64,000 nt of DNA. It comes from Octopus sinensis. Its lineage: Eukaryota. The stretch is taken from positions 60,822,001 through 60,886,000 of the forward strand of contig NC_043005.1 of assembly GCF_006345805.1 (NCBI RefSeq), in the 5' to 3' direction. Shown in pieces: positions 55,389 through 64,000 of the stretch. Position 1 is the first letter of the stretch; every line of letters starts with the position of its first letter. The notes beneath the pieces were generated by a model. It was not told the DNA's origin. It worked only from the letters and a program-made list of their open reading frames with translations, and ran no database searches. A program made the position numbers and the translations under genes.

Positions 55389-55428
<40 letters not shown>

Positions 55429-55436
55429 GTACACAA

Positions 55437-55467
<31 letters not shown>

Positions 55468-55584
55468 CACACACACTAGATGCCACTTGATGCAAACCTC
55501 AGGTATCAACCTTCCGACCGGCGTCGTCGGCTGACGTCGTACTGCACTTGTTGCAGCTTTGTTTGACAGTGCTTCTCTCCTGTT

Positions 55585-55840
55585 CGTCGTTTTTTGCGAT
55601 GGCTGAAACGTGAAATTTTGGTTGCTGCTGGGAAAAAACAGCGACCGAAGCAGTTGCCATACTTCAAACAGTTTACAAAGACACTGCCATGAGTAAAACA
55701 CAAGTTTACGAGTCGTTTCCACGATTTAGGAATGGTCACTTGTCGCTTGAAAAACAATCTCATTCAGGACGACCGTCCCGAACGAATGAAAACATCACGA
55801 AAATTCATTAACTGATCTTGGAGGATTGTCACCGAACAAT
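55585..55840 (+). mobile_element. Mariner transposase N-terminal (HTH) remnant
   Basis: GKKTATEAVAILQTVYKDTAMSKTQVYESFPRFRNGHLSLEKQSHSGRPSRTNENI. Confidence 0.85.
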
Positions 55841-55844
55841 TACT

Positions 55845-56064
55845 CTTTTATTTGTTTCTGTCAATTGACTGTGGCCATGCTAGAGCACCGCCTTTAGTCG
55901 AGCGAATCGATCCCAGGACTTATTCTTTCTAAGCCTAGTACTTATTCTATCGGTTCCTTTTGCCGAACCGGTAAGTTACGGGGACGTAAACACACAAGCA
56001 TCGGTTGTCAAGCGATGTTGCGAGGACAAACATAGACACATAAACAATACACACACAAACATAT

Positions 56065-56111
<47 letters not shown>

Positions 56112-57128
56112 TATATATATATAATTATATATATATCACGCGACTCTGCATCTTTCTTTCTTTCTCTCCCATTCCCTTTTTCGTCTCTTTTTTCCCTCAC
56201 TTAACTTGTCTCTTCCTCTCTCTCTCATTCTTCATTCTCTCTCTCCTTTCAACCATTCTTCATGGTCTCCTCGCACCATTCCCCTTCTTCCTCTCTCTTC
56301 CTCTTGCTCCTCCTCCCCCATTCCCGTCGTCCATCTGCGACGATACTTCCGTCGTAACTGCTATCCTGTCTTTTCTCGCCCGCCTTCTAAGGCTAATGGT
56401 CGACAATTTTTCTCTCTCGTCGTCACTATAATCCAGCGTTTGCAATACTTTTTTCGTCTGGCGTTAACAGCCCTTCTTATCTTGTTCTCCTTGTCTGTCT
56501 CTCACTGTAGATATTTATTTTTCCACTGTTTAATATATATTTTTTACTGTTTATATGTTCGTACTGTCGTTACCGTCTTGCTTTTTTTACCCCTCTGCGA
56601 AAAGATCTCAGAATTTTAATGATTGCTTTTCGCGGGAAGGAATTTTTCTTCGAAGTATACGTCTCGCTTTATATCCTTCGAAACGTTTAGTAGATGAAAC
56701 CTTAGCGACTGAAGAAGGGGATTTTTCGTTGTGCTTATTGTCCTGTATCTCTTTTTTTGCTTGTCTTGTTCCTTGGTTTGTGTCTATGTTTTCGTCTCTC
56801 TATGTGTTCGACGTCTTTTTGGTGTCCTGTACACATATATGCGTGTATATGTACATGTAGAGGTAGGTACGTACATATATGTTTATATATATGCATATGT
56901 TCTATTTTATTAACATATATATATATATATATATATACATATATACGTTGAGGTTCTTTCAGTTTCTGTCTACCAAATCCACTCACAAGGCTTTGATCGG
57001 CCCAAGGCTATAGTAGAAGACACTTTCCCAAGGTGCCACGCAGTGGGACTAGACCTGGAATCATGTGGTTCGTAAGCATCTACTTACCACACTGCCACGC
57101 CTACGCCTATACTTACCACACAGCCACG
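55845..57128 (-). mobile_element. SINE family B split by (TA)n and a ~730-bp pyrimidine-rich insert, nested in mariner
   Basis: 3' half at 55845-56060, insert at ~56135-56860, 5' half at 56948-57128. Confidence 0.75.
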
Positions 57129-57572
57129 CCTGAACTTGGTGATATCGCTGATGTCCTGGAGCTCCTCCCAACGAATTTTTAGCGTGGAATTGCAAACGAA
57201 AAGAGTTGCAGTAAAATGTGTGCCCCGCTTGCTCACAGAAGATCAGAAAGCAGTCACGACTGAATGCCTGTCGTGAAACAACAGTTAGAAGTTGATCCGG
57301 ACCTTTTTTAGAAGGTCATCAGTGATGACGAAAGTCGGTGCCACGGAATATGGAGATGTGAAAGAGGTGAAGGAAAAATAAGGAGGACGTGTTACAAGGC
57401 ATCACTTCGCAAGAGTTCCGGAACTGCTTCGAATAATGGAAAACGCGCTTTGACCGATGCATTGCTTTAAATGGAGAATACTTTAAAGACGATAAAAGAG
57501 TAAAAATGTAAATCTAAGTGAATAAAACAATATTGCGAAATTCCGGCTTCTTTTGAGTACCCCGTCGTATAT
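57129..57572 (+). mobile_element. Mariner transposase C-terminal remnant and right end
   Basis: KRVAVKCVPRLLTEDQK, KVISDDES, FRNCFE*WKTRFDRCIALNGEYF; TIR-like end TTTGAGTACCCCGTCG|TA. Confidence 0.85.
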
Positions 57573-57679
57573 ATACATGTGAAAACCCAGCCATATTCGA
57601 ATATACATGCTTACATACATTAATAGATGTGTTCTCTATTATATACCCATTACGGTTTTGCGCTAGAATTTCAACGGGG

Positions 57680-57905
57680 TGTTAGGCAACGGTACAATTA
57701 TGTAACTCTGCACTCATCAGAAGTAGTCATTATGTATGCGTGTGTGTGTTTATGTTGAGAGGGATACATTATACGTGTGAATACCGTGCTAGTTCTCAGG
57801 TATACTGTAGTATTTAACATCTGTGACTACTTGGAATTGTCACTCACGCTGTATCCGCTTCACTGGATGGTAATATTATCTGAAGTGTGTATAATTGTAT
57901 AATTG
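57680..57905 (+). pseudogene. Decayed sushi-like exon, paralog of 54330-54520
   Basis: TVQLCNSALIRSSHY, later SLDGNII*SVYNC; DNA similarity to the reverse complement of 54.5 kb. Confidence 0.4.
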
Positions 57906-58040
57906 AAATGATAAAGAATACGAGACTTGCACATTCTCAAAATGTATTTCCTTATATTTAACAATGTTATGCAGCATATCTATGGTTACAACGATCTACA
58001 CGTATTTCCACTGCACAGAGTATATATATATACTATATAT

Positions 58041-58180
<140 letters not shown>

Positions 58181-58186
58181 GTGTGT

Positions 58187-58466
58187 GGAGGCGCAATGGC
58201 CCAGTGGTTAGGGCAGCGGACTCGTGGTTGGAGGATCGCGGTTTCGATTCCCAGACCGGGCGTTGTGTGTGTTTATTGAGCGAAAACACCTAAAAGCTCC
58301 ACGAGGCTCCGGCAGGAGGTGGTGATCCCTGCTGTATTCTTTCACCACTCTTTCTCTCACTCTTTCTTCTGTTGGCCCGCTCGCTTGTTCGAAGGCTAAA
58401 ACAATGCAAACGCATTGTGACCAGGGATGTGTAGCAACATCTGTTGGTCTGGTCGGTCACGGTGAT
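58187..58466 (+). mobile_element. Young tRNA-derived SINE (family E), left arm of inverted pair
   Basis: A box TGGCCCAGTGG, B box GTTTCGATTCCC. Confidence 0.9.
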
Positions 58467-58488
58467 ATATATATATATATATGTATAT

Positions 58489-58724
58489 ATCACCGTGACC
58501 GTTTGCATTGTTTTAGCCTTCGAACAAGCGAGCAGGCCAACAGAAGAAAGAGTGAGAGAAAGAGTGGTGAAAGAATACAGCAGGGATCACCACCTCCTGC
58601 CGGAGCCTCGTGGAGCTTTTAGGTGTTTTCGCTCAATAAACACACACAACGCCCGGTCTGGGAATCGAACCGCGATCCTCCAACCGCGAGTCCGCTGCCC
58701 TGGCCACTGGGCCATTGCGCCTCC
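58489..58724 (-). mobile_element. Same SINE, right arm, with a 43-bp deletion
   Basis: About 5 differences from the left arm plus deletion of 58413-58455 at a CG microhomology. Confidence 0.9.
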
Positions 58725-58759
58725 ACACATATATAAAATATATATATATATATATATAT

Positions 58760-58817
<58 letters not shown>

Positions 58818-58818
58818 A

Positions 58819-58872
<54 letters not shown>

Positions 58873-58886
58873 TATACACATAACAG

Positions 58887-58957
<71 letters not shown>

Positions 58958-59802
58958 ATATATTCACATACACAAATACATACGCACATACGCATTATAC
59001 ATACACAAATACACACACACACATTTATATGTATATTGAGAAACTACTTTTCTTTTTATACATATCTCATTGAATACAGGATTGTATTCAAGTTTTATCG
59101 TTTCTTTGGCTTTTGTTTTACATATTCCATATTCTGTTATGAGCGTTTTACAGTTGGCTTGGAACAGTAGATTTCCTAAATCCATATCTGAGTTTTCTAG
59201 ACCTTCACATTCTTATTATCGAGAATTGAACACGATGTTTCTGACGGCTGTTTTGCCTCTTATCGGAATTCAGTTGTATATTTCAATATTTTAGCTGTTA
59301 TATCGTGTATATTTATGTTTCTGTCTATGCCGAACAGCTTTACTTTTATATGTTTCCTTAAATAGACGTCCAAAATTTATCTATTTTATTTTATATCTTT
59401 CACATTTACTTGTTTGCTTTTTACAGGTGGTTTGGAACAGAAGAGTGCCTAAATCCATATGCGACGTTTCAATGCCTTCACAGTCTCATAAAATTACGTG
59501 ATATAAACTCATAACAGCGAAAAATGTTCGACAGAAATTCCGATAAGAAACAAAACAAACGTCTCCATATATTCAATTCTTGATAATGAGAAAGTACAGG
59601 TGTGTAAAAGTCGGATATGGATTTAAGAACTATACCGTTTCAAACCAAATGGAAGAAGTTAATGAGAAAATATCAAGAATATAAAGTATAAAAGATAAAA
59701 CTTGAACATATTTGTGTATTTAATGAGACCCTCTCACACACACGCATCTCTCTCTCTCTCTGTACACACACACACACACACACACACACACCACACCACA
59801 CA

Positions 59803-59834
<32 letters not shown>

Positions 59835-59942
59835 AATATTCACATATTTGTGTGTGTATCCTATATATCCATATATTTATATCTATATACATCTTTATAT
59901 TTTTATATATGTATATATAAATGCATCTCTCTCCTCGTCTGA

Positions 59943-59980
<38 letters not shown>

Positions 59981-59984
59981 TATT

Positions 59985-60308
59985 TTGTCCTCTTTTTACC
60001 GTTCTTCAACTTTCACTTTTCTCCTTTTGTCGCCACCATTTACACCTACATAAACATTCACACCCCCTCATCATGCCTGACAGCCACTCCTTCCTCCAAC
60101 ACCTTCAATCCATTCTTACCGCGTGTGTATCGTTATCGATTTTTCCTCCTTCCTTGGATTTTCCTTTCCCTATGTTTCTGACGGAGAGCTCCACTCGAAG
60201 CGTTAAATTCCCCTTCTTTCTTTCCTTTCCTGGGCGTCTAATAGCATTATGCTTGTTCCACATCCTCGCGTTTTTGTTTTTCTCTTTGTGTTTTCATGTT
60301 TGGATTAA

Positions 60309-60310
<2 letters not shown>
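59985..60310 (+). mobile_element. (TA)n-flanked element, longer copy of 8851-9025, with degenerate hammerhead
   Basis: CTGACGGAGAGCTCCACTCGAAGCGTT at 60178-60204; ends GGATTAACT|(TA)n. Confidence 0.6.
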
Positions 60311-60359
<49 letters not shown>

Positions 60360-60776
60360 ATATATATATATTATATATATATATTATATATATATATAAT
60401 ATATAGTATATCTTTATCTTTTATTAAACTTTTAATACTTTTGATATATATATAAAAAATATAAATAAATAAATTAATAATTAATAAAATAATATATAAA
60501 TATAAAATATACATACATACATATATAATATATATATTTGTATATATATAATATAAAATTTATAAGTTTAATTATTTAAATAATTTTTTATTTTTAACTT
60601 TTATATTTTAAATTAATTTTATGTATTGGCTTATGTTTTTCACTGTTTGATTTGCCTAATAGTGGTTTTATCTCTAATTCAATATAATATAATATAATAT
60701 ATTTATACTATAAAATTGGATTTAATCCAAATCTAATTTTTCCCTGTAAGTTTGGATTTATTCCCTAATATTATTA

Positions 60777-60816
<40 letters not shown>

Positions 60817-60829
60817 CATACGTATGTAT

Positions 60830-61050
60830 CATCATCATCATCGTCATTAATCATCATTTAGCGTCCTTTTTCCATGCTGGCATTGGTTAGACGATTTGAC
60901 AGGAACCGGTAGGCCAGAGAGATGCACTGAACTTCAATCTATTTTGGTTTGGTTTCTACGGTAGGATGTCCTTCCTAATGTCAACCAGTCCACAAAGTGT
61001 AGTGAATGCCCTTTACATGTTACAGATACTAGCCTCAACTACGATTTGAC
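60830..61050 (-). mobile_element. (CAT)n-tailed SINE/LINE 3' fragment (family F)
   Basis: CATCATCATC...TTTAGCGTCCTTTTTCCATGCTGGCATTGGTTAGACG...GGATGTCCTTCCTAATGTCAACCA. Confidence 0.55.
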
Positions 61051-61109
61051 TTATCTTTACGTGTCTCCTCAGCCACACCAAGTAGCCCAACAGTCAAAAT
61101 TATATGAAA

Positions 61110-62068
61110 CTGGGGGCAACGAGATCGAACCATCTCAAGTGTAACTGCCCGTGATGGCCGAAACTTCTGGAACTTGACTGAGGAAAGAAATCCACGAATG
61201 ACTCTGTTTGTTGTTTCTAGTCCGCCTCTGTATCGTCTATCTGTCCGAATGTCTTAATGTCCTCTATTGTGTTTTTGTTCCATCCATATATATATATATA
61301 TATAATCTATATATATATATATATATATATATAGCAGCGTACGTACATCCTTGTGCTCACCATATATTAGGTATGAATCTAAATTTTGTACGATTTTACT
61401 CTTTTATTCCACCTCTCATTTTTCTTCCTTTTTCTCGCTCCCCCTCTCTTACATTTCTTGGCCTACTCTTTCTTTAACTCCCACTATTTTCCACTCGTTT
61501 ATTTCCCCTGTACCTTTCCCTTTGTCACTGATTTTTTTTCTAATCCTTCAATCCCGCTGCCCCCTACCCATCTCTCCTCCTTCCACGCGACCGGTGTCCG
61601 GCCAGCCATGATCTTTCTTTCCTTCTTGGCTCGACTACCGACCGCCAACACCTCTTATATCCATCTATGTTCCTGCCCTTAGGCTTTCACTTCATACACG
61701 CCAGCTCAATTTGATTCGATGTCAGTCGAAAGACATTTTTTGTTATTTCTTGTTTGTATTCGTAATTGTGTACCACGTTCTCCGGTTTTTGTTTGTTTGT
61801 TTTTATCTTTGTTGCCATACACATTTGCTAGCTTCCTTACAAAGAGATCTAATGCTCTTAGCTTAGACTTTTTGGGGGAACAACCAGATCGAGCCATCTC
61901 AAGTGTAACTGCCCGAAACTGTCGTGACTTCTGGAACTCGATTGAGGAAAGAAAGCCACGAATGACCCGTCTTTTTTTGCCAGTCCTTCTAATTGTCGTT
62001 TCTCTTGTCCGCCTTTGTGTCGTCTGTCTGTCCGAATATTTTAATGTCCTTCATTGCGTTTTTATTGC

Positions 62069-62070
<2 letters not shown>
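61110..62070 (+). repeat. Two diverged ~190-bp direct repeats, each followed by (TA)n
   Basis: AGATCGA.CCATCTCAAGTGTAACTGCCCG...TGAGGAAAGAAA.CCACGAATGAC at 61112-61290 and 61872-62070. Confidence 0.8.
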
Positions 62071-62151
<81 letters not shown>

Positions 62152-62377
62152 CATCATAATATATTATAATATACCCCATTATATATATACGCTCGCACAC
62201 GTATACTCATAAATATGAATATATACTTCCCCTCAAAATACACACACATCTGCACACACACGCATACAATTAAACTAACAAGCAAACAAAGAACTTATGC
62301 AAAGTTAGTGTTTAAGTAAATGTTGTTTTTTTTTGGTGAAAGATATTATTGCCGCTGTTGGTGTTCTTTCACCATAG

Positions 62378-62588
62378 ATCTTCCATAATAAAGGTGTCTT
62401 ATGATGAAACTAATTTCGACTGTGGCATTCTCATTATTTTCCTGTGTCTAGAGAACTCAGGACATTATCCAAACTATGGGATGTTAGGCTGTGATTTTAA
62501 CGGAAATTGGACGGATTGGATTCCAGAATGTCGACCGATTCCGCAGATGCTGAGGATGTTTATGGTGGTGGTTATAATTCTGACGTAG
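62378..62588 (+). CDS. Sushi/CCP domain (C-terminal ~3/4), exon-like or pseudo-exon
   Basis: Open frame IIFLCLENSGHYPNYGMLGCDFNGNWTDWIPECRP with canonical F.C-x14-C..NG.W....P.C spacing; AG acceptor at 62376-77; no convincing GT donor before the stop. Confidence 0.6.
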
Positions 62589-62814
62589 TATAGTAGTAGT
62601 ATTGAGAAAAGCGTATAGGGTTAAAAGTGTAAAGAGCCCCTTCGGTCATGACAGGCCATGGGATTGCACCTAGAAAGTTCTCCTCCAAAGCACAATTCTC
62701 GGCAAGTTTGTTTGTGGAAAAAAAGAGAGATAAGAAGGAAAAGAAAGAAAAGAAAAAACTATGGGATGGGGTAACAGCAGAAAATGAAGGGAAAGGGGAA
62801 GATGGATCACATAC

Positions 62815-63110
62815 TCCAGAATGACTATGATGGTGTCCCCACGGAGAATGGCCAGCAAAACTCACTGCAGCAGCCACTGAACTTCGCGGGATTCATTTCA
62901 CCGACGGACCGACGTTATCCATATTTTGCGAAGGAAATTCGTAGTACGGTGTTCCAGAACACCTGACGACTCAACGGCGACCGGGACACACTGATAGCGG
63001 TCGGTCAGGACCCTATGTTTACTGAGAAGCGGGCGGCGACACCGGGTTTGCAGCCGATGCTGAAAGGTTGTTGCCAGAGAAGGTGTCGGTGCACTGCGTG
63101 TCCCAAATTC
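62815..63110 (-). mobile_element. CRE-clade non-LTR retrotransposon RLE-domain remnant
   Basis: IWDTQCTDTFS, KHRVLTDRYQCVPVAVESSGVL, EVQWLLQ*VLLAILRGDTIIVIL resemble WD.TC.DT, KY..L...F.P.AVET.G and LSIAIQRGNA. Confidence 0.8.
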
Positions 63111-63199
63111 AACAGTAATTACTCGGTTAAATGTGAATTTGTTGTCGGAGTAAACACAGAAGAGTTGCAGTTTTAGAAGCAGTTTTCCATAATTATTTC

Positions 63200-63923
63200 C
63201 ATACTGGCTGAGTTTTGAAGCGGTTTTCAAATTTACAAGGCAGTTGACCTTGAAAACAATGCAATATTTCCTTTTCTCTCTGAAATAACTACATCGGATT
63301 TATTATGTTTACACTTAGCAGAAATGTTGACTGAAATTTTCTACCAATATCCCTTATGTCGACGTTTTGTATTTCTTCTAGATGGTATTTTGTCCTGAAA
63401 ATAACATTATATCACATTGGATATATATTTGGTCATGTGTAATGTCCTTTACCTATGTGTACGTGAGAATGTTTATATGTATGTACATATACTTTTTTTT
63501 TATTTGTTTCAGTCATTTGTAAAGCAGCCATGCTGGAGTACTGCCTTGAAAATATATGTGCTTGTGTGTGTTAATGTGCGCACGTGTATATATATATATA
63601 TATACACACACATACATACATGCATATAAATAGTACACATACGCAGCGATAGAAAGCATTACTCAAAACCAAAAATATGAAAGTTTTACCATCCTTTGTG
63701 ATATAATATTATTTTCAAAACAAAATACTCTACCATCTATAGGAAAGGCTCGGCTGTTGCTGGACAAATACATGTTTGTCAACACAAGGGATATTGGTGG
63801 AACATTCTTAGCAAAATTGCTGGCAAGTTTAAACATAATAAACCCGGTATAGTTATTGTAGTCATAAAGAAAATTCTGTACATTTAGAGTTGAGATGTGT
63901 AAATATGAAAGACTCATAAACAA
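63200..63923. pseudogene. Weak sushi-like remnants on both strands
   Basis: Plus strand EF*SGFQIYKAVDLENN (63210-63258); minus-strand ORF 63663-63923 contains AFPIDGRVFCFENN. Confidence 0.2.
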
Positions 63924-64000
63924 TCATGCACGCACACACATACATTCACGCACGCACGCACACACACACATGCACACACAAACACATACACATGCACACG

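Overview
AT-rich eukaryotic DNA that is largely intergenic or pseudogenic. The SINE families and extreme microsatellite load point to a coleoid cephalopod, most likely Octopus (inference, not verified). No intact multi-exon gene is visible, and nearly all ORF-track entries are microsatellite or SINE artefacts. The window contains: (1) dozens of tRNA-derived and CORE-type SINE copies, including head-less tandem multimers and a near-perfect inverted pair; (2) at least 8 fragments of R4/Dong-like non-LTR retrotransposons (CCHC knuckle plus restriction-like endonuclease) sitting in or next to TAA/GAA/TAG microsatellites, plus one CRE-like remnant and a degraded RTE-like LINE; (3) a ~510-bp TAA-tailed non-coding element in 3 copies; (4) maT/DD37D, mariner and Helitron remnants and three Tc1/mariner-type MITEs; (5) short (TA)n-flanked elements carrying minimal Penelope-type hammerhead ribozyme motifs; (6) about a dozen islands of unique DNA, on both strands, that read as decayed sushi/CCP-domain coding sequence, the best being an open frame at 62378-62588. 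Peptides were read by eye and coordinates of degraded elements are approximate.
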